A stretch of DNA of 64,000 nucleotides from Lytechinus pictus. Its lineage: Eukaryota. Below the pieces are notes generated by a model. It was not told the origin of the DNA and did no database searches. It saw nothing but the letters and a program-made list of their open reading frames with translations. The stretch is from assembly GCF_037042905.1 (NCBI RefSeq), contig NC_087250.1, positions 13,022,001 to 13,086,000 of the forward strand. The letters are read 5' to 3'. Positions 22,701 through 34,746 of the stretch are shown one piece after another (position 1 is the stretch's first letter; each line of letters opens with the position of its first letter). The translations under genes and the position numbers were made by a program.

Positions 22701-25575
22701 GACGAAAGGTAAATTATGAAAAAAAGTGTCTTGAAAACTTGATTACTTTCATGACAGCATGATCTGGGGAGTTTTGTTAACAGCTGCACAGACACCTTCT
22801 GTACTGTGGATAATCTATTGTCAGATTCCCTTCGTAACAATAAAGTCTTTGACGGGTCGTTGAAAGGTAACAGCAGTTTCGTCGGTGACTCTGGAGCAAC
22901 AACATATTGGTGATTGTTTTTTTTGTCAGCTCTGAAATGTCGATGAAACTGCTGTCCTGATTCACCGAGCCTTGACAAAGGCTTCATTTGATTTGACTTG
23001 CATTTTCAATGCATTTGCTGCGTTGTAGATTCATTCTGCATTGCGGAGCGAAAACTTCCAATTGCCTAAATGACAAAATGTATTATTATGGTAGCAATGC
23101 TGAAGCAGGGTTAATAACATTTAGTGCTTAGAATATTGTATTAAGTGCTATGAATATGTGGCGTATTATACTATATTATTATTATAGTATTACAAATGTA
23201 ATTTTTAATAAAAATAGGAAAGTTAATGACCTGTAAGTTCATTACATTCATTTCCCCTCCCTTCTTCAGGTTGTGGAACGGTTCCTCTGATGATCGTCTT
23301 GGGTGATGCGCTGCATAACTTTGGAGACGGGCTTGCGATCGGAGCCGCATTCACTATTTCGATCTCGGCCGGTCTCAGCACAACTATTGCGATGTTCTGT
23401 CACGAGTTACCTCACGAGCTAGGTACGTTGTCATGTCATGTTTTAACCCCATCTAGACTTGGGTATTTTGGGAGATCATATGTCCCGAGGGGGGGGTGCG
23501 TCGCAGGTTCCCCCTTGAGATCTCAGCCGTTGACCGTGCGATCGCACCAAGAATTGGCATGCAGGTTGTCTAGGACATAATCTACATAATTGTATGATAA
23601 ATTATTTCATGCAATTTGCTATTAATTGATTATGCTAATTTATGCGTAATTAGTATGTAAAATCGTACTTTTTGCATAGTGTGCTACGGGCTTAAGGTTA
23701 CAAAGGATTTCAAGAGTAATTAGTGATCCTTTCCTAGGTGGAGCTATATCAGCAGCAATGAAAATTTGTGATATATCTTCCACCTCAAGAAAAGATCACC
23801 AATCATTGTAGAGTCGCTCCATGTTAAGAGTATTATCACAGCACCATTATGTGATCCTCCTCCTCTTTCATTGTAGGTGACTTGGCAGTTCTTCTCAGTC
23901 AGGGTATGCGTCTATCTACAGCAGTGTTCTGGAACTTCCTGTCTGCGTTAACTTGCATTGTGGGACTGTGGGTCGGCATTCCTCTTGCACAGCATCAGAA
24001 TGCTGCTGCCTGGATTTTCGCTGCTACCGCCGGCACGTTTTTCTACGTTGGGCTTGTGCATATGGTGAGACCATCTGAATCTTGGATTGCATTGCCTTGG
24101 CATTGCTAATTTGACACAATTTTTCACTGGGCCTTATATCCTGTGTGGAGGCTGCATTTATAGGCCCGTATTCTGAAGTCAGGTTTAACTTAGACCATGG
24201 TCTAACTCTCTGCTAAAATTATGGGAAGCCAAAAGTCTCAAAATTTTTATTAAGTTGTATGTTTCTTATGTTTGCTGAGCTCTTTCCTGATTCATCAAAG
24301 GTGAAGACAATCATCTATTTATACTTCCTAGACAATTATGAATGATTTAAGAGCCAAAATGAGCTGAAATATGATATCTCTACCATTGGTGATTTATGTA
24401 ACAATTGGCTCTCCATACTTAAACCACAACTTTAAACCCGAGTTTAAGTTAAACCCGACTTCAGATTACGGACCATAGGGTATTGTGTGAAGTTCAGGGT
24501 TTGGTTTATTAGGGCAGGGTCCAGTGTAAAGTCCAGTGTCCCGTCTTACAAAGAGTTACGAGGATCAATCGTAACTCTTTGTAAGACAGGGCCCAGTGAT
24601 ACAGTTTGTCATTCGATGAGTGTTTAAATTTGTAGTAGAGTAATATATCGTCGCCGATTCAAATGACACGATCGCTTGGATGCAGATGTGGGGATGCTAT
24701 GATGAAATTAATTACATCTGCTTCAAATTGATGTCATACCAACTAATTGGGAAAAATCTATTATTCCCTTTAGCTGCCCTGGTAACTCCCTATTCTCCCT
24801 ACCAGTGTATTTGTATGTGTATTCCAGACCATTGCACAATATAGACACTTTTTCCCCCTGTTTATGGAAAATTGAAACCTCTTTTTTTCAATATCAAGTG
24901 CCCCTACCCGAAATGTTTGTTTTTCCTGGATAAAAACCTCATCAGCGTGTCTATTACAAACTTTGTGATTGGGTATCCATAAGTTACAGACAAATACCAT
25001 ATTCGTTGAGCCTGTTCTGTGCTTAGGAAGGGGGTTTATGTAACAAAGCAACAAAAATGCAGATGTTCTCCTTTGATTGGGCAAATAAAGTTTCATGTAA
25101 AATTTAATCATTTATTCAGTGGAATACATTTTTATTTATATCCCAATTATACCGGTGTGTTGGTTCAGTTGGTAGAGCGCCCAGGGAGGTCGGGAGTTAA
25201 AGCCCCGGCTGTGTCATATGTAAATACGTTAAAAAGATGAATCGCTGCTACCCTGATTGGCGTTGAACGGATCAAGGGATTGAGCACCTTCGATCTGGTG
25301 CTGCACAGTGGCTGGAGGGCCCACAATATCAATAGAGTAAAAAAAAATGGGAGTATTTATGTTTTCAGATTTTATTTCGAACAATAAAATATGGGTTTTC
25401 ATGACTGGTGTTTATTTGTTTTTACTCTTTCATCTTCCAGCTCCCGATGCTTCATTCCTACAATGGCAAAAATAAGGGACTCATCTTCTTTCTCCAAAAT
25501 GTCGGCTTCTTGCTAGGCATGGGTATAATACTGGTTATCGCACTCTATGAGGACGCAATCAACGTCTCAATTTGA
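10403..25575 (+). CDS. SLC39A12: LIV-1 subfamily zinc transporter, ZIP12/ZIP4-like; 12 coding exons, 732 aa
   Basis: Hand-spliced GT-AG exons: 10403-10732, 14515-14805, 15365-15572, 16328-16548, 17368-17539, 18226-18395, 19850-19996, 21065-21202, 22663-22708, 23270-23422, 23877-24064, 25441-25575. Total 2199 nt, all phases compatible, ends in TGA. Has a signal peptide, His-rich [15 protein letters not shown] (PAL-like), [16 protein letters not shown] (TM4) and [10 protein letters not shown] (LIV-1 HEXPHEXGD motif). Family is certain; ZIP12 versus ZIP4 orthology is tentative. Confidence 0.93.
13030..14000 (+). mobile_element. Decayed LINE (CR1/L2-type) reverse transcriptase remnant in ZIP intron 1
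   Basis: [15 protein letters not shown], traces of IDF-KAF-RINH and YVRPVL; many disablements. Confidence 0.7.
14515..14805 (+). CDS. ZIP exon 2 (ectodomain)
   Basis: ttttttgctgcag acceptor, AAG|GTAAAA donor; CSDNFVND...TTQAK. Confidence 0.88.
15365..15572 (+). CDS. ZIP exon 3 (ectodomain)
   Basis: tttttttcag acceptor, G|GTAACT donor phase 1; CFDATSVF...IHKE. Confidence 0.88.
16328..16548 (+). CDS. ZIP exon 4
   Basis: tctttcag acceptor, GAA|GTAAGT donor; [11 protein letters not shown]...RRRRR. Confidence 0.88.
17368..17539 (+). CDS. ZIP exon 5 (PAL-like motif)
   Basis: TCYTGAELL...[15 protein letters not shown] donor. Confidence 0.9.
18226..18395 (+). CDS. ZIP exon 6 (TM1-2)
   Basis: [18 protein letters not shown]...[17 protein letters not shown]; absent from the ORF track. 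Confidence 0.92.
19850..19996 (+). CDS. ZIP exon 7 (TM3)
   Basis: [12 protein letters not shown]...[27 protein letters not shown] donor. Confidence 0.92.
20016..20246. mobile_element. Harbinger-like MITE immediately downstream of the ZIP exon 7 donor
   Basis: TIR GGCCCTGTATTACAAAGAGTTACGATTGAT; internally deleted hairpin copy at ~24535-24595. Confidence 0.7.
21065..21202 (+). CDS. ZIP exon 8 (His-containing cytosolic loop)
   Basis: [13 protein letters not shown]...; GTAAGA donor, phase 0. Confidence 0.85.
21330..21690. repeat. Palindromic element made of CCATTTGGTC/GACCAAATGG subrepeats
   Basis: Related copies at ~19060-19380 and ~60780-61005. Confidence 0.7.
22260..22537 (-). mobile_element. 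tRNA-derived SINE
   Basis: Reverse-complement homology to the SINE at 53330-53600; (TTA)n tail. Confidence 0.7.
22663..22708 (+). CDS. ZIP exon 9 (46-nt exon)
   Basis: tttttgcag acceptor, G|GTAAAT donor; needed to convert phase 0 to phase 1. Confidence 0.8.
23270..23422 (+). CDS. ZIP exon 10 (TM4-5 metal site)
   Basis: [17 protein letters not shown]...CHELPHEL. Confidence 0.96.
23877..24064 (+). CDS. ZIP exon 11 (TM6-7)
   Basis: [11 protein letters not shown]...[18 protein letters not shown]. Confidence 0.95.
24163..24474. mobile_element. PIF/Harbinger-like MITE
   Basis: TIR GGCCCGTATTCTGAAGTC.GGTTTAACTTA; 3-bp TSD ATA. Confidence 0.8.
25441..25575 (+). CDS. ZIP exon 12 (TM8, stop)
   Basis: LPML...[29 protein letters not shown]. 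Confidence 0.93.
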   Translation, partial: LPMLHSYNGKNKGLIFFLQNVGFLLGMGIILVIALYEDAINVSI

Positions 25576-27513
25576 GCAACTATACACTCCGCCTTCCACA
25601 AGCCTTTATGAAGGGCAGCGCATGTTATTTTGTCAATTTTTTTCCTAGGATTTTGTTTTTTTTATGATCCTTTTTTTCATTGGATCTTTTTTCGTAGCAT
25701 TTAGTTTTTTCTGTAAGATCCTTTTTTTCCATACGACCTTTATTTTTTATTATCCTTTTGCGTAGGATTTTATTTTCGTAGGATATATTTAGTAAGAGTA
25801 AGAGATCATCATGGTCATTTAATAAGAAACCAAGAATACTGAAATTCTAGAAATTTAGATGCAAATATGCATTTTAGAAATTAATCTATTTTTGTCGAAC
25901 AAAGTTCAATCATGTCTTTTTTTAGTACCTGATCATAATTTGCTGAGATTGTATATATTGAGGAGAATAAAAAAGAGTACTATCACATTTTATTTGAATT
26001 ATAATCAGGGATAGATCAACCCAGTTGGTCACAATAATAGAATATGCAACTGTTGCAATGTCAGTCATTTCACTCAGAACACGTTATGCAATTATCAGTA
26101 AGATAAGGAATGGTCTTCCACTTTTCAGTTCTTATTAAAGCTCAGAATGAATTTGTAATGTTTCAAAAAGTGTGTATTTTTGGATATTGAAATCTAGCTT
26201 CATTACATGGCATATTCTGAATTGGAATTATGAGAGCAAGTCCTCCCCACAAAGTTGTTTTGAATAAAGAGAAAAATCTTGGAAATTTCGTTCCACTTCA
26301 CAAAACGGTTTTCTTTTCAAAGGATACCAAGGGAGATGATGTTGTCACACACTCGACTGTCTTTTCAATGTCGTTGGTATCTGTGATTTAAATCGTATCT
26401 ACAAAAATTGTGCCTTTTGGATATTGAAGTCTAGCTTCATTACATGGCATTTTCTGAATTGGAATTGTGGTAGTTAAGTCCACCCACTCAAAATTGCTTT
26501 GAAAAGAGAGAAAAAATCTTTGAAATTTAGCTCAGTTTCATAAGATGGTTTTATTTACATACGATACAGAGGAAGCTCATGTCATCACATGACTCGATGG
26601 CCCCGTCTTTCACCAACTCCCCATGTCTTTTCGCTAATATTTTTTTTCATTCTTCATTTTAACCCTAATAACGCACTTACATAATTTTGCCTAATTTCAG
26701 AACCCCGTACCCACGGGTGACGCAATTTGGGTCTCAAAAAGTTGCACGAGGCAAGATAGTAAAAAGTCGGTGAGCAAAGTGGTAAAAAAAAATTTGCGCA
26801 GCAGATTTATCATAAAAAATGGCCAAGGGGGGGCTTATTCAGCCCCCCCCCCCTGCCAGTCTTCTAAAGCGTCGAAATAGCCCAGTGTGTTTACAGATGA
26901 ATTCCAGTTGTGGTAACGATCTCAAAATGAGTTCAAACAGAATCCAATAAATTTACCACCCAAGTGTTGTATGTATAAACAAAAGATATGTGCCAAATGG
27001 CTCTGGAAGAAAATGCTCAATTGCTGTGATATGGGAGCAAAATAAGCACAGAATTCCATCAAATGTCTGGTATTTTTCCAATCAATATTCATACACTGTC
27101 CCAAATATACTTTTTTTGTCTTAGTGATCATCAGAATTATCGGTTTTGAGCCAAGATTTCATGATTTCACAAAGATAAGTTTATTTCAATGTACAATATC
27201 TAATCAAATACATTACTAAGCTATGTGGCTAAACTATCCTTATTATAATAAATGCGAATTTAATATCTGGTCGTAATGACGTCATAGCAATCGTAAAAAG
27301 CTAATATGGCCTTTACTCCAAAATAAGAGCTTGCAATCATCCGAAATTGTGATTAGTATTATTTCAGTTAATCTTAACTTGAAATAGAAAGATCCTTTGA
27401 ATTCACATTTTCAGAAAATATGCAAAATGCAATTTGTTTGAAAAGCGAATCATGGTCCAGTCGTAAGGTGTGCAGTGACCTGAAGAATATGCTGATAGTT
27501 GACATCAAATTAC

Positions 27514-27727
27514 CATTGGCGGCGGAAGCCAAAAATTTTAGGGGGGGACGCAGGAAACAAAATTGACAAGCAAAAAAATAAAAGGTTATCAACCAAAATT
27601 TCAGGGAGGGACTACCAAAAAATTTTGACATGCAAAAAAAAAAAAAAAAAAAAAAAAAAAAGGTCAACAGAATTTAGGGGGGGATCGTCCCCCCCAATCC
27701 TTGTCCTCCCCGCTTCCGCCGCCTATG
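27514..27727. mobile_element. hAT-type MITE
   Basis: TIR CAT(T/A)GGCGGCGGAAGC; perfect 8-bp TSD CAAATTAC. Confidence 0.88.
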
Positions 27728-27983
27728 CAAATTACTGAGCAACGTGTATGGCATGCAAGTACACGTCAGTAATAAATTAATGCAGTTGAACTATGCAACG
27801 TTATGGCAGAATGAATAAAAAAAATGTTTGATTTTCATGTCTTGTGACATGACAATTCTAAAGAAAATCAGCTCATTGTTGATTTTGTAAATGTTCATAC
27901 TTGTCCACAGAAATCACATGTTTGGTAGTACATGCAATTAAACCGAAATGTTGCAATTTGAAATGGAGTAAGGTTAGAATTTG

Positions 27984-28140
27984 GGGAGCGTTTCATGAAA
28001 GGACTTGTCGGACGTTTTATCCGACAAGTCACATTTTATCCGACAGTTACCATAGTAACAGTACCTCTCAGCCAATCAACATCAGAGAAAGATGTCAGAT
28101 CTGACAACTTGTCGGATGAAAATGTTGATGAAACACTCCC
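27984..28140. mobile_element. Harbinger-like MITE
   Basis: TIR GGGAG(C/T)GTTTCAT; second copy in reverse at 47057-47202 with CTG TSD. Confidence 0.8.
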
Positions 28141-28856
28141 CTGATATATTTACAAAACAATAGGAAAATTCTCTTTAATTTTGTGCAAATATTTTTTGTA
28201 TTCATGGTGGAGGTTTCAATAAATTTCTTTAATTAAAAGTATTATGTTTCATGTTTGCATTTGTTAAAAGTGTTTCTCAATGGGAACTTTTATTCATTTC
28301 ATTTATTTATTTTTCCATAAAATACAAAGCTCTGGACAATTACCTCAAAAGACTTTGGCTTGCAAAACAGGGATGCCCTTAAACAAAATATACAACATCA
28401 AAACTACAAAAAGGAGCTGTAGAATCAATATGCAGCTATTTTTTTATATTTTGATTTTAATGCATATTTGTTTTAAGATGCAAAAGCATTCCATGTACAT
28501 TTAAAGGTAAAGTTCACACAGAAAATAGTTGAATTGAATCAGAGAAAAATCAAAGAAACATTTAGTGTTGAAAATTTCATCCAAACAGGATATAAAATAA
28601 GAAACTTATGACATTTTAAAGGTTCGCATATTTTTCACAAAACAGTTATGTAACTCAATGACAGGCAAATGAGAGTCAATTTCTGTCACTCACATTTCTG
28701 AAGTAATCTATATTTAAATTTTACCGATATCAAACTAGGGCAACCTGAATGAACCATGAAATATTAAAGCAATGGCAACTCCACACGATCAGAAAGGAAA
28801 CGAAAAACCTTGTTTCACATCAGAATGAAGAGAAAATTAGAATATTTCTATTTCAT

Positions 28857-28894
<38 letters not shown>

Positions 28895-29104
28895 AAAAAA
28901 TAGTAACATCATTTGCTCTCATTTTGTGAAAGAGCGAAATTTTAAAATGTCATTTATTTATTTATTTCACTTCCGATTTGAATGAAATATTCAGTGTTAT
29001 GCTTGTATGAAATTTATCTTTTTTATTCGAATCAACTTTTTATTAGTGTGGACTTGGACTTTGTAGATAAAGAAATGCCTTGAATTAACAGTACAGTCTT
29101 GATT

Positions 29105-29292
29105 GTGACGAGGATGGGAATGATGGTGATGTCGACGAAGATGATGGTGATGATGATTGTGATGGTGATGATGATGAATATGATGATGATGAATGGTGGT
29201 AATGATGATTATGAAGATGAATGGTGATGATGATGTTGCATGATGATGATGATGAAAATGTTGATGATTATGACGATATAGGAAATGATGAA
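29105..29292. repeat. (GAT)n-rich microsatellite
   Basis: Imperfect GAT repeats. Confidence 0.85.
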
Positions 29293-29445
29293 AGACTTGT
29301 GCGAATAACTGTGTTTTTAGTGAATATTTGAAGGTGATAAGAAAAGAAATATTGTGGAAGATTTATTCCATAGGAATGGCCCAGCATATTGAAATACCCT
29401 ATGAATAATGAGTATCGGATGAAATAGCAGACATTATACTGCAGT

Positions 29446-29661
29446 CACAGTAAAAAAAAATCATACAACGCTGTTTACTATATGAACCTTACAGTAATTG
29501 TTAAAACAGTTTAAACAAGTGTTTAAATCTTAAGCAACAAAGTTTAATTTTCAATATCTAATCTTCAATAAATTAAACATTGTTTAAACGGTTAAACAAA
29601 TACTGTAAGGTTCATATAGTAAACAGCGTTGTATAAGATCTTAAACAGCGTTTTTACTGTG
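29446..29661. mobile_element. CACAG-ended palindromic MITE (CACTA-like)
   Basis: CACAGTAAAAA...TTTTTACTGTG with a long internal inverted repeat. Confidence 0.75.
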
Positions 29662-29689
29662 AAATACGGCGTCCGTAGTCGAAAACACC

Positions 29690-30560
29690 CGTTTTATTCG
29701 AGAAATATGAAAACATAACATTTATAACGATTGGAGTACTATTAGGTTTATCGAAAGCTTTCGATTGTATCGACCATAATATGTTAATTGATCAGTTATC
29801 ATGCGGGTTTAGAGGCATTCTACTAAAATGGTTAATGAGTTACTTAAGAAAGCGTATGCATCAATACAATTTATTCAGAGTTTCAGGATATTACAGAAGA
29901 GGTACCCCATGGGTCTAACCTAGGTCCTCTTCTTTTTTTCTATTGTTCATCAATGACCTGCAACATGCAAGTGACATTTCTACTACAACCTTATTTGTAG
30001 ACGATACAAGTTTATTTTATCTGGTAAGGATCCCATCCAATTAAATATTATCCTAAATTCTGATATGGAAAAAGTTTATTTGTGGTTCCAAACAAACAAA
30101 CTTCAAATAAACACAAAGAAGGTGTCTTTAAAGATTTTTAAGCCCATAAATAAGAAAGTTGAAGAAAATAAAATAAGATTATATATCAATGATGTTGAAA
30201 TTAAGAAAGTGCAATATACAAAGTTCATAAGTGTCACAATCGATGATAACATGAATCGGAAACAAATAATATTTCTTTGAAAATCTCTCAAACCATTGGC
30301 GTACTAAATATAATTGACTTACCTTTATTGTATAATACAATAATACTAATACATCTTGGCTATGCAATATCGTATGGCGCGGGGGGGGGGGGGGGCTGTG
30401 CAAATCATTTAATGTTGCAATTATTTCGCGGGAAATGATTAAAAAAAAAGTAATATCAAATTCTCCATACTTAGCTCATTCCTACTTGCTCATTCCCATC
30501 AATTCTTTGAATTAAAGATTCTTAAAACAATGATATACACACCCTTCAAACTGCATGTTT
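29690..30560 (+). mobile_element. Decayed CR1/L2 LINE reverse transcriptase
   Basis: LSKAFDCIDH, VPHGSNLGPLLF, LFVDDT, WFQTNKLQINTKK. Confidence 0.8.
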
Positions 30561-32721
30561 TATGTTTTCATACTCCATGAACAACTTGCTTGACACATTC
30601 AATGGTTATTTTATAAACAAGGTGGTTCAAGAACCACGAGTCTCGCCTGATATCGCGATCGATAGAATATGCAATGTGATCTTTTGACCTATATATTATC
30701 ATCCTCACTGGCACACGTGTGGTATTAACCAATGGTTCTTTGTACCAAGTGTAAACACAATTGATGCAAAAATGAAGAAATAAGAGCAATTTGAACAAAA
30801 ACACGACATTTTGACCCCCAGATGACCTTTAACCCCATCACTCTCATGGACACATATGCGGTATTACCCAAGGATCATATGTACCAAGTGTCAACATAAT
30901 TGATGAAGAAATAAAGAAATAAGAGCAAGTTGAACACTAGAAACTTGTACATTATCATTTGACCTTTTGACCCCTATATGACCTTTGACCCCATCACCCT
31001 CAAGAACACACATGTATTATTACCCTAGGATCATATGTACCAGTGTCAACATAATTTGAGGCAAAATAAATAAGTGAGTTGAAAAAAAATTTAAGGTCAA
31101 GTCCACCCCAGGAAAATGTTGATTTGAATAAATAAAGAAAAATCAAATTAGCATAACACTGAAAATTTCATCAAAATCGGACTATATAAAATAAGAAAGT
31201 TATGACACCAAAAGTTTTCGCTTTTTTCACTTTGACAAAACATTTATATCCACAACTCAATTCTATGCAAATGAAACAGTCGATGATGTCCCTCACTATT
31301 TCTTTTTTTTATATCGTTTGAATTATAAATACAATATTTCATTTTTTACAGATTTTCCAATAAGTACCAACTTGACTGATCCATATGGTATTAAACAATG
31401 CTAATTCCACATGTTCAGGGAGGAATGAACCTTTTTTACACTCGACAATGAGGAGAAAATTATAATATTTCATATTATACAGATATTGACTGATGGGGTG
31501 TGTAACATTGTACCGCCGTATTTATCACAATGGAAAATATAAATCCTTCAGGCGGTCCAAATTATTATTTTTTTTACACACCCTATCAGTCAATATCTTT
31601 TATATTAGATAGCTTTGAATGATGAAGATACATGTAGATCTAAAGTAATTAGGTCTATGATGAGTGCAGTAGATAAATTGCAGCTGTACTGTTTGTTGGT
31701 GGTGGTCCTGATCTTTCTGTTGTCGAGCCAGGTCCAGGACCAATTCTAACTAGATCTAGATCTAATATTTCGTTAGCACTAACCTACGTTGACGTTAGCA
31801 AGATTTAACGTTAGATTTCTCTAACTTTTAGACTCTAGCCTAGATCTAACACGTTAAAAAGTTAGACCTAACTTATAGATCTGTAGGCCTAGAGGTCTAG
31901 CCCTAAATCTGAATTTACTTACCCAAAGTAATTTGATCGTCCAAAAGCTAATCTTACTCCCCATTGCTCATCAGACATCACCATATGTCATAAATCTTTG
32001 ACGTTAGACCAAATCCAAAACTAAACGTTCTAAAACTAGACTGAGCTTATCTTCATTCTCTATCTGCTATACAGTATACTCCGTTGATTCCATCTTATCC
32101 AGAAATTGTTAAATAAATCTCCAGAATTTCAGAAATGACGGTTACTCCTGTCTATACACAAACCTAGGCTCCATTTTAGTAACTGAAGAAGGCCTAACGT
32201 TAGATCTAACGTTAAACCTAGCTTACTCGTAATACACTGTAGGCCCCTGATCCTACGTCGTCGTCGGACTCACCTTCCGCGGTCCGGTTCGAAAATTTTG
32301 ATTGTTTCCAACTGATATCTAGTGTTGATCGATTGCAAACGATCGCTATTTTAGTCCAACATACATTATGTTATTGGTAATATTAGATAGCCAAGCGCGA
32401 TTGGTCAATTGCACGTCACGTGAAATGATCGAAATCAGTGTATTTTCCCAACCGGTCCACCTTCGATGGATATATTGACCAGCTGGTCCATGAATATATT
32501 TTTATGCGTGTATGGCGTCCTCTCATGGATTAGATGTTACCAATTACACATAAATAACATATGTGGGACTATAAAGTAGCGATCGTTTGCAATCGATCAA
32601 AATCAATATTGCAATATTTTTTTTGGGCCGAGTACCGCGTAATTTAAAAGCGGTGTAGTATAGTGCAGTGAGTCCGGTCGAGGTCCAGTCCCAGTTTAAT
32701 TCAACAATACTTCAATACGGA

Positions 32722-33625
32722 GGCTAGATTTGTGCTAATGAGCAATGAGGAATTAGACCAGCTTTTGGACAATAAGGATTCTAATTCTACTAAAAATGTT
32801 GTGAAACAGGCGATAGATATATTCATTTTCTATTGTTAGGCAAAGTCTCTTGACTTTGGAAAGTGGAGACGGAATACTCGGAGCGCGAGCAAGAGTTATG
32901 CGAGTGCATTAGATCATTCTACGTACGCAGAGGTGAAATGGCCATGTTACGCAAAGAGTTCCATGGTCTCCAGAGGCACTTTCTGAAAACAAAGGCAATT
33001 GACATTGTGAACAGTGTTATTAGACGTGCAAACGACATGTCTGCTGCAGTTCTCCATAAACTGAAAGCTGAAGGAAAGGGTTTAATAACACATAAGGATT
33101 CTATTAGTAAGGACGACTTAAAAAAAAATGACTTCGCGAGCCTTGGACCGTTCTACTCCGAGAGGTCTTCAGAATGCTGTGTTTGTGAATCTCATGTTAC
33201 ACCTGTGTAACAGAGGCAGGGAGAATCTTAAGTATCTAAGGACAGACGACTCCGCTATTGCTACATATTCTGGCAACAGGAGATATGTTTATCTTGCGAA
33301 GGATAAGCTGACTAAAAGTCACAGAGGAGACAAAGATGATGACTCAAGGAGCCAATAAGGTCGGATGTATGAGGAGAAGGATGAAAATTGTCCCGTCAAG
33401 TCGTTCTGTGAATGTGTTTCGCATCTGAATCGTGATTTTCCGTATTTTTGGCAACGGCCAAAATCAAGTGCGCCTCAAGAGACCGTCAAACTTGGAAGCG
33501 GTCCAGGACCAGGGACAGTAGAAGAAGACTAACAGAATGTGCCATGGTATGATCATCAGGTTGTTGGTAAGAATGCATTGGGGAACAACATTAAAATCAT
33601 TAGCATTGAAGCTAACACGTCAAGG
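32722..33625 (+). pseudogene. Crypton DUF3504-type tyrosine recombinase, disrupted
   Basis: ARFVLMSNEELDQLLDNKDSNSTK; TPRGLQNAVFVNLMLHLCNRGRENL; RMYEE..NCPVKSF; FWQRPK; WYDHQVVGKNALG. Stops and frameshifts; truncated by a tandem-repeat insert at ~33625 before the expected HSLR motif. Confidence 0.82.
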
Positions 33626-34104
33626 CCCTGCTACAACCGATAATGTCGCACCAACGCATTATGTCGCAGATTGCGACATATGCCAATCTGAGCGTCCGAC
33701 GCATTTTATAATGTCGCAGTCAACGCATATAATGTCGTAGTTTTTCTAACGCATAACGTCACATGTCGCAACGCATAATGTCGCAGCAAATTTCTAACGC
33801 ATAACGTCACATGTCGCAACGCATAATGTCACAGCGGTATTTTCTTCAGGACTCGAGTTACATTTAAGATATATGCTTTCACTAAGTATTTTGAGACACG
33901 AGATAGCTAGAGAATTAAGGTGAGAGCAGTCTTATACATTACTCTCCATTTGAAGGACACAAACGACAAATGAGCTTATGCTTGTCAGAGAAATGTCAGT
34001 CGAAGGTTAGGCTTTCTAGTCCAAGTAGTACAAGGTCTAAAGTTAGTAATTTGTCCTGGTCCTGGATCTGGTTCAGCAAAAGAAAGATCAGGACCACCAT
34101 GTAT

Positions 34105-34746
34105 GATGGGGTGTCCAAACTTCGCGCACTTTTCAAAAATATTCATCAGGCTTAAATTTTCTCACAAAATATTCATAATTTATACAAAACCAATTCAAGA
34201 AATAGTTACCACATTGACGGCAAGATCATAAACTATAAAATCATGGACGAAAATGTAAAGTAGGTCAAGGGGATTCGCCGGTATTGCGATCTCAAAATTC
34301 TATTCCGATCGGCGAATGCGCGCTGTGCTGGAAAACCGTTCAGAAAAAACGTGACCTAACTTCGCGGACCAGTTTTTGTGGACATTTAAACAAAAACTCA
34401 AGCTAAAAAAGTGAAATATTTATATCAGATTGATGGCAAAATGCTATAGAATCGGTTAGTACCACATTTAACTTACATTTTTGATGATTTCTGCTTGCAA
34501 AATGGTGATATCGTGATGCTTGTTGAGAATATCAGATTTCTTCAAAACGGGCGCTAACGGTGACAAATTTGCCGATCTTTTGCCAATATTTTTATGAATA
34601 CTGAACTCATCCTAAAGAAAGTTTCACCAAAGGGTAATTTTAGGTCGCTTTTCACGTTGATGATGTCAGATTTTAAGGATATTGTCTAGTTTTTTAGATA
34701 ATGACCGTCCGCGAAGTATGGACACGCGCGAAGTTTGGACTCACTG
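34105..34746. mobile_element. Non-autonomous TIR element nested in the Crypton
   Basis: Inverted GTCCAAACTTCGCGC ends. Confidence 0.55.

Noticed and set aside
32722..33625. Domesticated DUF3504 host gene (ZMYM/KCTD1/QRICH1-like)
   Set aside because: Multiple stops and frameshifts, no splice structure, and it sits within an insertion that splits a MITE.
33625..33835. ACGCATAATGTCGCA short repeat array as a recombinase-associated guide or spacer array
   Set aside because: Simple degenerate tandem repeats without unique spacers; it looks like the end of a separate insertion that truncated the ORF.
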